Assembly (NCBI RefSeq): GCF_048593235.1
Contig: NC_133622.1
Location: forward strand, 251,476,055-251,540,054
DNA from: Sminthopsis crassicaudata
Taxonomy: Eukaryota
Length of the DNA: 64,000 nucleotides
Reading direction: 5' to 3'
Part shown: one piece after another, positions 1-10,666 of the stretch
Position numbering within the stretch: position 1 is the stretch's first letter
Layout: every line of letters starts with the position of its first letter
Program-made: the position numbers and the translations under genes
The notes under the pieces: generated by a model
Database searches by the model: none
What the model saw: the letters and a program-made list of their open reading frames with translations, nothing else
Told to the model about the DNA's origin: nothing

Positions 1-1179
1 AACCAGATTTTCAGTCTGGAGAAGAGAAGACTTGGGAGTGGGAGGAGAGTCTCTGCATTGAAACATATCCAGATTTCCCAAGAAGCCGGGGCATTGTATG
101 CGCTTCTGTGTACATGGAAGGCGTGACTCTGGGCCGGACTGATATCCCATGGTGGTGCCCATGAGAGCCACAGGGTGGGTGTGGAGCTTCTCGGGGACCC
201 GAGACTCTGGGCAGAGATGCTCAGGGAGAGGGAGGAGGGAAGGGCGGCCAGTCTCAGAGAGATGGCAAGGGGCGGCCGGAGCAAGTTTGGGCCCTCCTCG
301 CGCCTTGGTCTGAAAGCTTGTCTGGCTCCCCCACAAAGGGCTCCTGTACATTCTTCAGCACACACGAATCCGTAAAACCTCCCTGATTTGTGGGGGCCGC
401 TTGCTTGGATTCAGGGGCTCAGGCGCTTCTGTGACTTGTGACAGTCTTTGTGAGCGGGGGCTCAGCTGGGGGATATCACATAAGAACCGCCTTCTTGCTC
501 TGGAGCCATCCAGGAAGCCGCCATTATTCTGGCCCTTTTATCAGCCATAGTCAAGGGAGAAACCGGGCCTAATATTCTGCCTCCACATGGGTGAAGAAAG
601 GAACACGCCGGACCCTGCCCTGCTCCTGTTCTTGAGAGAAAGTCTCCGTCCCCCAGAGGGAGGAATGGGTCTGATCCCAGAGACCTTTGCTCCCAAGTGG
701 CAGAACAAACCAGAACGCCTCGGCGCCCTCAGGCCTCTCACTGGGTGTCTCCAAGGATCACTTCCGGGAATTCCAATGTGACAGACGTCAGATGGCCATC
801 CAGGGCCCTTTCAGCTCCAACATTTCTCCATCCCTTGGCATGGGCTGGCACTTAGTAAATGTTGATTAACTGACTCTGTCCAGGGGCACACCGGGGGGTC
901 TCTGGTGCAGACCCATGGGAGGGGGATGTCAAGTCAGGGGGCAGATGGGAGACTGTTGCACCAGCTCAAGATGGCAGCTCAGGTCAGTGGGCAGAGAGAG
1001 GGGAGGAGAGGGGAGCACGGGGGTTTTGGTAAGTGATCAGCTGGGAAGGATGGGGGTGCCAGTAGAATCCCTGGCTTCCTTCAAGCTTAGCTCAGAAGGC
1101 CCCTTCCCTCCCCGAGCTCCCCGCCCCAAATAATGCTGTTTCTTTTGTTTCATCAGTGCCCATGGATAAATCACCTCTA

Positions 1180-1320
1180 GGAGCAGCTAGGGGGCGCAGT
1201 GGTTAGAGCACCAGCCCTGAAGTCAGGAGGACCTGAGTTCAAATCTAACCTCAGACACTTCCTGGCTGTGGGATCCTGGGCAAGTCACTTAATCCCCATT
1301 GCCTGAGGAGAAGAAAAAAG
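1180..1320 (+). mobile_element. WSINE1-type marsupial CORE-SINE
   Basis: tRNA-like head GCAGCTAGGGGGCGCAGTGGTTAGAGC...GAGTTCAAATC, core GGGCAAGTCACTTAA and A-rich tail. Confidence 0.85.
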
Positions 1321-2699
1321 AATTATCTCTGTCCTGACTCCTCCTTAGTCTATAGGAGCATCCCTCCTGTACATCGCCAACTTCCCAGCAGCCACCTGGA
1401 CTAGATGTCCTGGAAGGATTTCCACCTGAATGATTCCCAACATGGAGCTGCCCTATTTCTAGCAAGGCCGAGCCACTCTTCATTGGGAAGAGCAAAGCTC
1501 TTTAAAGTCATCATCAGAGAGGGACAGGACTGCAATCAGTGGCTCGGCTCTGGAGAGGACGATGTCCCAAAGACCACAGAGACCCCTGTGGGCCACGGAG
1601 CTGGGGGGCAGCTCCTCCCAAGGGACCAGAGCTCTCCTGAGTGCTCCCAGACTGGGGGGTGGCCCTCATTGGCTGTTGGATTCAGGAAGCCCTGTCCCCT
1701 GCTTGATGTCGGTAGGCTGAATTGTTTTAGAGACGAGCTAAATTCTAAATTCTGATATTCCCGGGGGTGGAGAGAGAAGGCGAGCCAGCTCTCTTGTTTC
1801 CAGGATGGGGGCAGGAGGCGGGGCGGGGGGGGCCTCCAAGGCTGGATCCTGGCCCTGGAGTCCGGCTTCTGGGCCCTGACACATCCACCCGCCTCTCAGG
1901 GCCCCGATGCCCGGCTGGGCTCGAGGCTCTGCCCCCCACCAGAGGCCTCCAGTCGTGCCCATTTCCTTCTCATCCCCCCCACGGGCCCCTGGCGACATCC
2001 CGATCTGGAGTTGCTGCCCTCGCAGCTTCCTTTCGACCTTTGGCCTTTCCTGGAGGTCACCCTTTCCACCTGTGGGGAGCTACCTGGGGGGGATTGGCAA
2101 AGTTCAATCAAACGCCCCTTCCTCCAGGAAGCCTCCCGTGCTGCCCCTAGCGCTTTCTCGCTCTCTGCCCCCAGATACTGTTTGCACCTCTCTGCGTTCC
2201 CCTCCCATCGTCCCCACCTCATGGCGTCCACCCCATGAGTCACTAGGGCTGGAATCTGCTGAGTTCAGGCCACCCCACCCAGCTGCCCACCCTCCTTCCT
2301 GCCCCTGCCAAGGGGTCCTGGCTCCTGCACCCCTTTCTCCACTGCCGCCCGCCCTGCCCCCCAGGCCCAAGGCTCCACAGAGGGGACAACTGCCGGCTCG
2401 GCCCCCCCCCCAGTCTCTGGTGCATCTGGATTTGCTCAACAGCTGGACGGCCCCGCAGTTCCCCAGCCTCTGTAGGCAGGGGCCGGGGCTGGGAGCCCGG
2501 GCTGGGGAGGGGCCGGACAGAGGGTGACCTCCGGGGCTGGGGACTGACTGTGCGCCCCTGGCATGGAGGGCTGCCCCCCCCATGTCCCTCAGGCTGGAGG
2601 CCCCCACTGCTCCTTCATGGGCTTGACCCACGCGACCGCCTTTCACCGGGGCTTCTGATCCCCATCGTTCAGCTGGAGCCTGAGTGTGGCTCAGTCACT

Positions 2700-4250
2700 T
2701 CCAGGCCTCTTCCTCCGCAGCCTCAGTGACTGCCAGGACTTGTCCTCCACCTGGCCTGGACCCTCGGGTTTATTCATTCATTCATACATCTATTAGTCAC
2801 CTGCTGTGTGCAAAGGTCCCTAGCTGGGCGGCCTTGGGCAAACATGTGGCTGAACCTGCAAGAGGGGAGTGCGAGCTCCTAGCTTGCTTCCGGCCTCGGC
2901 GCCTCAGCTTCCCCTTCTGTCCCACAGCCCCCGGACCGGCGGAGGGCGGCAGCCGGGCCCCTCCCCAGGGGGAGTCCAGCGGGGAGGGGAAAGCGAGCCG
3001 GGACCCAGGAATAGGCCGGAGGTGGATGCCGCCCCAGCAGTTCCCAGGCCCGGGCCAGAGAAGGGAGGAAGTGTCCTGGTGTGGGAGGAGGGGAGCCCAG
3101 TCCCCCAGGCCCTGCCCCCTCCTCCTCTCCCGGGACGTTCCAGGCCCCCGGGGCCCAGCGTCTGTGCTAACAGGGGAGCCCCCCCCCCAGCCAGGCTTGA
3201 GTTCCAATCCTGGCGCGGGCGGGGACGTCGGCCAAGCCCTCTGGGGTGCGTGTGGGGGAGGGGGGAGGCGGGATTCCCTCCGGCCTCGGTTTCCCCACAA
3301 GCCGAGCTCTAAATCCCTGCGCGCCCCCAGCCCCAGCCGAGGGCCCCGCCTCAGTTTGTTCGCCGGCCGAGGAAGGGCTGCCCGGGCGGGCTCCCCTCGG
3401 AGCGTCCCAGGTGCCGCCCAGCTTGGCGCCCCCTCCCCTTCCTTCCTTTCTCCGGCTGGAGGACGTGGCAGGAGCGCCCTCTGGTGGCGCGAAGAGAGAA
3501 CGAGGACGGAGCCCGAGAGGGAGGGGGGGCCTGGTAAGGGGGGGTCGGGGATCAGGGGCTTCCGAGGCTCCGGGGGAGACAAAGAGGCGAGCTCTCCCAG
3601 CTGGGGGAGGGGTTGAGAAGCCGGGGTCTCCACCTAGCCCCAACCCCCGCACTCCGGGCCCAGCCTGAGTGACACCCCCCCCCCCCCAGCCACAGACCCG
3701 AAGTGGAAGGGCCTACAGCGAGCACGTGACATCGGCGCCGGAGCGCGACCCCCACAGGCGTCCCTGTGACTGGGGGGGGGGGGGGAAGCCGCCGGAGCCG
3801 GGTCCGTGCCCCCCTCAGGGGCTGCCCGGACGGGAGGCGGGGGGGGGGGGGGCGCGGGGGGGGGTGAGGGGGGGGCGGGCGCTCCCGGGCCTCGGCTCTG
3901 GCTCTCCCGGCGGGCGGCAGCCTTCGGGGGCCTCTCGGGCCTTCCCCGCGGACACGCGGCTTTCTGGAGGCCTCCCCGGGAGGTTACTAGGGGTCACGGG
4001 CGTCCCCCAGGAGCAGGAGGAGCCGCTTGTCCAGAGTCACAGCCAGGAGTCGGAACCGAACTTGAGCCCAGAACTTGGGGTCTCCAGCCCCGCTCCCCCA
4101 GGGTCATTGGGCCGGGCGGTTTAAAGCGCCTGCCGAGAAGGAGCTCCGTCCGCGCCAGGGGCGGGGAAGTCCGAAGGGGGTGGGGCCTCCCCTCCCCCAC
4201 CCCACCTCTCCATCCTAAGGGGTGGGACTCGGCCCGAGGGGGCCTCCAGG
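2700..4250. promoter_or_regulatory. Orphan GC/CpG-rich island 3' of RIN1 with long G-tracts
   Basis: Elevated CpG, CACGTGAC at 3723-3730, GC boxes and G-runs at 3771-3880. No recognisable protein is encoded. Confidence 0.45.
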
Positions 4251-4561
4251 GTTAACCACTGGAACTGGGAAGGAGGCAGGGAGGCAGGGGGGGTGCACCG
4301 GAACCCCTGAGGCTCCGTGCTCAGCACCTGAGGTCACGGCCTCCAGGACCCTCTCCTCGCCCGTGGATCGGAGGCCGGGAGGACTGAGCCTCCTGGCGCC
4401 CCACGGGAGCCTGTGATTGGGGGGGAGAACCCCCCACCTTCCTGAGACTGCCAGGGCTGTCCGGCACGGGGCTCAGAGCGGGCCTGGCTTGGACGGAAGT
4501 TGGGGCGCTACCTGTTCTCGGCCTTGTCTGAGCCCCCACATAATAAGTACTTAATAGGTGC

Positions 4562-4567
4562 TTTATT
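4562..4567 (-). terminator. Candidate RIN1 polyadenylation signal AATAAA
   Basis: First AATAAA on the minus strand, ~180 nt after the RIN1 stop codon. Confidence 0.45.
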
Positions 4568-4744
4568 CATTCATTTGTTCATTCATTCATTCTGCAGCAG
4601 CAGCAGCCTCAGCTCTCCAGTCCTGGGAGGTCCTGGCCCCAGCTAAGCCCCCAAGGCCTTTTCCTCCCCCACATGGGGGGTCCCAGGCCAGTGCCCCTGT
4701 GCCAGCTGAGCGTGGACGGGCCCTCGGAAGCCAGCTCTGGGCGG

Positions 4745-7700
4745 TCACTCCTCGGGGCCCCCGGGCGCCCCTTCGTCTCCCCCCACTTCCGGCCCCTGCC
4801 CCTGCTCTGCTTCTGCCCCTTTGCCCTCCTCCTCCAGCCTCGCTCCACCTCCCTCGAGGCTCTCTGGGCCCAGGCCTGCGCCCGCCCCCTGGGCCCTGGG
4901 AGCCTCCTCCCTCCCCTTGCCTGCATCCTCTCCCTCCACCCGCCGGTAGATGAGGTAGCCGGGGCCCGAGAGGTCATGGGGCAGGGTGTCAGGTGCCAGG
5001 CGGCGAGAGCCCTTCTCATTGTGCAGGAAGAGGGCAAAGGCTTCAGGCCGGGACACCCGGAACTTGGTGGCACAGAGCTGGCACAGCGTGGCCGCAGAGG
5101 AGCCTGGGGGCAGGGCCAGGGTCTTGGATGTGCAGCCATTGGTGGGGTCCTGGTATGCCACACGGAGGAGGTGCTGGGAAAAGGAGAGGGCCCAGGAGTT
5201 GGCCTGACACCCAGTGGGCGCCCACTTGGCTCCCAAGGGCACAGGCAGGTCCCGGGATGCGGGGGCGGGGGGCACAGAGAAGAGGGAGCGTGGCAGGCCC
5301 CTGGGCTTCCTGAGCCTCCCCGTGGCCCTCCTACCTCTGACCCCCCCAGCTCTGACATTATTCCATATTCTGCCCCCCCCCGCCCCCGCTGTGATTCCCG
5401 GGCCCTCCCCAGCTCTGAGCCCCCCTGCTCTGATACAGAAGAGCTCCCCCCTTCTCTGGGGGGCGTCGGTTACCTTGAAGTTCCCAGTGGGTGGGAGTCT
5501 CCGCTGCTCCCAGAGGCTGAGCGAGCGCCGGAGCTCCTGGGAAGGGCTGACGGGCCGTGCCCCGGCCTGGCCCAGGCTCCCCAGCAGGGTCAGGCTGGCC
5601 ATCAGGCTGGTGAGGCAGTAGCCCCCTAGGACAGGGAGGTCTCTGGTGAGGCCGGGGCCGGAGGCCACGGGATGGGAGCCCCCCGGTTACGGGGCATGGG
5701 TGGCCGGGGCGTGGGGTGCTCACCCTCCCCCATGAGCAGGCTGGGCTCCAGGAGTTCGGCCATATACTCAGCTTCGGGCAGCAGGTCCGGGAGGTCGCAC
5801 TGAGCCAGGACGGCGCTCAGCAGGGGCAGGAATTCATCGGCTCCAGCACTCTCCCCTGCAGAGGAAAGGGCCCTTAGGGAGGCTGGGGCCCTCCATGTCC
5901 CTGGGCCACAGAGCCGGCCCCCAGCCTGGCCCCTCCACTCTTGGGGCTTTAAGGGGGACCAGAGTGGGCGCTCTCCCCTGGACCATGAGGGCCCTCAGCC
6001 CACACCTGCCCTGGGGGCCTCCTCTGAAGCCAGGCAGGGCCCCCCCCCTTTGGGGAACACTAGGGGAAACTGAAGCCCAGAGGTTCTGGGAAAGCGGCTC
6101 CTGACTGGGCCTTCTTGGGGGCAGAGGCACCTCCATTCCCGGCTCCCCCTTGCCGGGCGCCCCGGATGGTACCTGCCCAGCTCCTCAGGGCCTTGGAGAG
6201 CAGCTTGCAGACCTGCAGAAGCCGGGTGACCTTGGCCTTGGGAGAATAGCCCCCTAACAGTTTCAGCAGCTTCTCCCGGATGCGCTCCATCTCCGGCGGG
6301 GAGGGGAGAACGAGGCAGCCCTCGAAGGCTCCGGGCCCCCTCGCCTTGGCCAGCCGCAGGCCCTCCTCCAGCCGGCCCCAGGAGCCGTCCTCGGTCAGGC
6401 GCAGCCGCAGGCGGGCCAGCAGGAGGGGCCGCAGGGGCTTCAGCACCAAGCGCTGCAGGGACTTCTCCACCACGAGCTCTGGGGAGGGCGAGAGGGGGTG
6501 TCAGGGGGGCAGAGAAGGGGGCCTGCACCTGAGGAAGAAGGGGGCCCACACCCAGGGGTGGCCGATGCCGCATGCAGGGGGAATCCCAGGCTCAGCTAGG
6601 CTGGGGACGGGGGCAATGAGGAGAGCCGGGGAGGCGGGCTGGGAGATGGGGGGCAGGCACTCACCCAGACGCTCCTCGGCCACTAGCTTCTCCTGGGCCA
6701 GCTCGGCCACCAGCAGGGCCTGGGCCTGGCTCAGCACCTCCCGCACATGCTGCAGCTCCCGGGGCTCCGGCCCCGCTCGTACCCGGGTCAGCAGGTCCTG
6801 GACCAGCTGCCCGGAGAGCGTCTGTCTGTCCCGGGCCAGCTCGGCCACGGCCCGCGCTACCTGCCGCTCAGGGGCCAGGAGGGAGCAGACGGCGTCGCTC
6901 ATGGAGCGGAGCAGACGGCGCCGCCGGCCCGGGCGGGGGGACGAGGCCGGGCCCCCCGGGGGGCCCCCCTCATCCTCAGAGGCGCTGGGGGAGCCACTGT
7001 CCACCTCCCGCAGAGACGGGAGGGGAGGCACGCCCGGGCCAGCGCTCCCCGGGACCCGATATCCCCCCGAGCTGTCCCTCCTCAGGGGCCGGCGGGGGGG
7101 TGCGAAGCGAGCCTGGGCAGGGGGACCTCCGGGGGGCAGTGGCACCGGGGGCGGCGGGGCGGTGGGGGGTGACAGCGGGCTGGACGTCTCGGTGGACACC
7201 CGCACCTTGAAGCTCCTCTTGAACTTCTCGCGCTTGGCTGGGCCCAGATCCCCGGGGAAGAGGGGGTTGAAGAAGCAGAGGGCGCCTCCGGTCCCCTGGT
7301 CCAGCTCCTCAGGGGACCGAGGCTTCAGGTGGGGAATTGGGGGGGCTTCAGCCGCCGGGCCCCCGGGGGCCCTGCTGTTCAGGGAAGAGTTCCAGAACTC
7401 TGGGGAGAAGGGATTCAGGAGCGTGAGCTTTGGCGTCCCCGCCTGGTACGCACCAGCCCCCAGCTCCCCTCGCCCTCCAGTGCCTCCCGGGACACAGACA
7501 TTGAGGGGTCCACTGGGACCCTCTTCTCCGGCTCTGGGGCCCAGGAAAGCAAAGGTACGTACCCATCCCCAGGTGAGAGATGGCTTCCAGCTCCTTGTGG
7601 GTGGCTGCTCTGCGGATGGCCCTGGGCAGCTGCAGAGGGAGGAGCAGGACGTCCCTGGGGGCGAGGGGGGGCGGAGGGGTCAGGATCCTGGAGGGGGCCG

Positions 7701-8984
7701 GGGGCAGCCCCCCAGCCTGCCCCCCCCTCCCGCTCACCTGCTGTGGCAGTAGGCAGAGATGAGCTGGATCAGGTCTGGGAAGTGGAGCTCGGAGCCCTCC
7801 AGGGAGATGGCTGCCAGGGAGAGGGAAGTCACCCTGGGCAGGGCCGGCCCCCCCCACTGGCCCAGCTCCTCAGCTTGGCTCAGACCCCCCCTACCGGATC
7901 GGCCCCCCCCAGACCAGCCCATTCCGGGCAGCGGGCTCACCCTCGGGGCTCTCCCGGATGTCGTGGCTGGAGACAAAGGAAGGTCCCAGGGCCTCCGGGA
8001 GCCGGACACATAGGGCCTTGCACTGCCGGGTGTTGGATTTCCGAACCAGGAAAGTCTGTGGCAATGGGGGAGGCTCAGAGGCCTGGGGCCGAACTCCCCT
8101 CCCCAGCGCCAGGCCTCCCCTCCCTGGGACCCCGCCTCCCCCCCAGCACCATCCCTCACCCCGGGGGGCTCCCTCTGCAGCACGTGGAGGGCGGCCGCAG
8201 CGTTGGCACTGAGCTGGAGCCACACGGGCTGGGTGATCAGCAGCCGCTCCCGCAGGCTCACTGGGCGCCCGGGGCCCCGGAGCGGGCCCGCCCGCTGCCC
8301 CCCCGCCTCAGGGATGTCGTAGATGGGGTCTCTGGCTGGGCTGCGAAGACAGACAGGGTCCAAGGAAAGGCTGCCTCCCCCGAGCCTGGGAGCCGTTCTC
8401 CTTCCCTCCCGGCTTCCCACCTGGTCCCTCACCTCAGGTACCCCCATTCCATCTTCTCCCTCCAGTCACGTGTAAGGGCACATAGATAACTCACACATAC
8501 ACAATCACATAATCACACACAATCACACATAATCACAGACACAATCACACAATCATAGAAATAATCACACTCACACAATCATACAGACCCACACAATCGT
8601 ACACTCACATGCCATCAGTCACATATACAATCACAATCACAGTCGCACGTACAATCACAATCGTACACTCACACAATCACAGATACAATCACAGGTACAC
8701 AAAGACAATAACAAACAATCACACACACTCACAATTATGCAATCACACACTCACAATCACAGAAATAATCACACTCACATACAATCACACACATAGAAAT
8801 AATCACAGACACAATCATACACTCACACAATCACAGTCACACACATACACATACAATCACACAGACACAATCACAATCACACACACTCACACTCCAACCT
8901 CCCAAGTTCCTCAACTTTCCTTGGGTGTGGGTACCTGGCGGGGGCGCTGGCCCCAGTGGGGGCAGCTTCCCTGGGGAGCTCCAT
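4745..8984 (-). CDS. RIN1: Ras and Rab interactor 1 (SH2, VPS9 Rab5-GEF and RA domains), 10 coding exons, ~754 aa
   Basis: Exons (minus): 8984-8935, 8340-8160, 8055-7941, 7810-7738, 7654-7563, 7399-6665, 6478-6173, 5855-5724, 5625-5474, 5173-4745. All introns are GT-AG, phases are continuous, total 2265 nt, ending TGA. Peptides DPIYDIP, SLRERLLITQPVWLQL, TFLVRKSNTRQC, KREKFKRSFKVRVSTETSSPLSPP, RSMSDA, GADEFLPLL and HLLRVAYQDP match RIN1. Exon 1 (MELPREAAPTGASAPA) is the least certain but fits the phase. Confidence 0.96.
8490..8893. repeat. Degenerate (CACAAT/CA)n-type tandem repeat filling RIN1 intron 1
   Basis: About 400 bp of ACACAATCAC-like units with almost no G on the plus strand. Confidence 0.9.
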
Positions 8985-9436
8985 GGGGGGCCAAGGGCCC
9001 GCAGAGCCCCTCTCTGTCCTCCGGAGCTAGGAATCCAGGGTCTGGAGCTAAGGCGCAGTCACATTCCCAGTGAGTAACACTTCCTGGAGGGAGCTCAGCC
9101 CTGGCACACCCCAGCCTGTTAACTCTTTTCTGCCCACAGCCCCGCCGGCCCGCCCAGCGCCAGCTGCCTCTGCGCCTGCGGGCCCCACCTGCCCAGCACC
9201 CTGGGGTGTCCGGGACAGCTCCCCAAGCGCCTGGGCTCAGGCATCCCGACTCCCCTGCCTCCAGGCCCGCGGCTGAGGGGACTGCAGACAGCAGTGGGTT
9301 AAGCTGGGCATCTGCCTCAGGCCCACGCAGGCCCCAGTGACTCACTCCTGGGGCACTGTCCTGCCCATCCCGGGCTTGGTGCCCCCTCCCAGTCATAGGC
9401 TGGCTTCCCCCCAGCATCTCTGCTTGTAGTTCTGGG

Positions 9437-9487
9437 GTTGCCATGGTGAGGAGGCTGCATTTCCCCCCACATTATTGCCATGGTAAC
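9437..9487. promoter_or_regulatory. Pair of RFX X-box-like palindromes upstream of RIN1
   Basis: GTTGCCATGGTGAG (9437-9450) and ATTGCCATGGTAAC (9474-9487; 13/14 match to GTTRCCATGGYAAC), ~450-500 bp 5' of the RIN1 ATG. Confidence 0.45.
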
Positions 9488-10060
9488 CGCCCCCTTTTTG
9501 TGGGGGTGGTACTGCCAGTGCTGGCGGGGAGGGGGGAAGACTGGCTGTAAGGTCACCTGCATCTGGCTCAGCTGGGCCCCTCTCCCCGCCCATGGGCGGC
9601 ATGCACTGGATCCCTGCCCAGGCGGCTCGGCAGGTAGCTACAGGGCACCTGAAGGTGCTCCTCCTGGCGGGCACATGCCCAAGCCGCCCTGCCTCTGGCT
9701 GGGGCCCCTCCCAGGGCGCGTCAGAGGAGCAGGGTTTGGATGCTGCCGCTGGGGGCGCAGTGGATTGGGAGAAGCACGGACTGTGCACCAGGTCCCTTCT
9801 GAAGTGCTCTTCTCCCATTTAACAGCTGCAGGAACCGAGGCAGACTGAGATTGGAGGCCCTGCTCAGGGTCAGCCCTGAGCTCGAACTTGATTCCCCAGC
9901 ATGCACTGGGCTGAGGAGCTGATGGCTCCTAGGGCCGCCCCCCTCTAATCTGTGAGTAATCCTGAGGGGAATCTCTGCGCCAGTGTGGGATCTGCCTCCT
10001 CTAAGGGGGGGGGGGGGGAGAGAGAGACGACACAGATACACAGGAGTCAGGGCGCTTGTT

Positions 10061-10081
10061 TTTAATTATTAAACTTTTAAT
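10061..10081 (-). terminator. Tandem ATTAAA poly(A) signals, probable BRMS1 3' end
   Basis: Two ATTAAA hexamers on the minus strand (10081-10076, 10066-10061) in an AT-rich island within GC-rich DNA, followed by GU/U-rich sequence. Confidence 0.55.
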
Positions 10082-10336
10082 TGTCACCATGATTCTAAAC
10101 CTCGGGACCCTAGGAAAAACTTGGGTTCCTTTGTTCTCAACCCTAAAACGCGTCACTCCAAGGAACTGGCCCCAAGCCCCTGGCCGGGCGGCCCTGGGAC
10201 TGGGGGCAAAAGCTGGCTGGCACTGGGCCATTCTAAGTCTGGCTCTAGGTCAAAGCGACCGGACTTGCCAGTCCCCCGTGTCCGGGGACGTGTGCCTCGC
10301 CTCTGGAGGCTAGATGGTAGAAAGGGCGGCCCACAG

Positions 10337-10563
10337 TCATCTGGTGGCTGGAGGGCCCGGGAGCCGGTCCACGAGCCCCAGGTGTCCAGTCAGGCCTTGG
10401 CCGCAGCCGGGCTGCCCATCAGGGGCTATAAGACATGAGATCGGCTGTGGGCCAGGTACCCTGCCAGGCAGGCCTTCAGCAGGAGAGGGAGGCAGGTCCG
10501 CCCAGGCGTGTCTAGACCGGCCAAGGTGACCGGCAGAAGGGCCATCAGCCTCCACTAGAGGCC
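10337..10563 (-). CDS. BRMS1: Candidate terminal coding exon of BRMS1 (GPLVEADG...PATR*)
   Basis: Acceptor cctcctcag at 10564-10566 in phase 1 gives E-G-P, matching the recalled human C-terminal D-G-P, but it reads on for 72 more codons. An alternative acceptor tttttcctag (10110-10112) gives GSRGLESW* (10109-10084). Confidence 0.4.
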
Positions 10564-10666
10564 CTGAGGAGGCCCCAAATTGCCAACACTACACCCGAAC
10601 GCCCGCCCCCGTGGGCCTTCTCTCAGTGGGATGGGCAGCTCTGCCCAGATCCACTTCTGCTCTCAC

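Noticed and set aside
1180-1260. tRNA-like heads of SINEs (also 25141, 38357, 48777, 49999)
   Set aside because: A and B boxes are present but there is no cloverleaf or acceptor stem, and each is followed by a CORE segment and A-tail. They are SINEs, not tRNA genes.
6280-7752. 490-aa + strand ORF, and other long + strand ORFs over RIN1, BRMS1, B4GAT1 and SLC29A2
   Set aside because: Antisense shadow frames of GC-rich coding exons. They are low-complexity Arg/Gly/Pro-rich, have no recognisable domain and run through introns of the real gene.
8609-9073. Thr/His/Ile-rich 154-aa ORF
   Set aside because: Produced by the stop-free CA/CAAT repeat in RIN1 intron 1.
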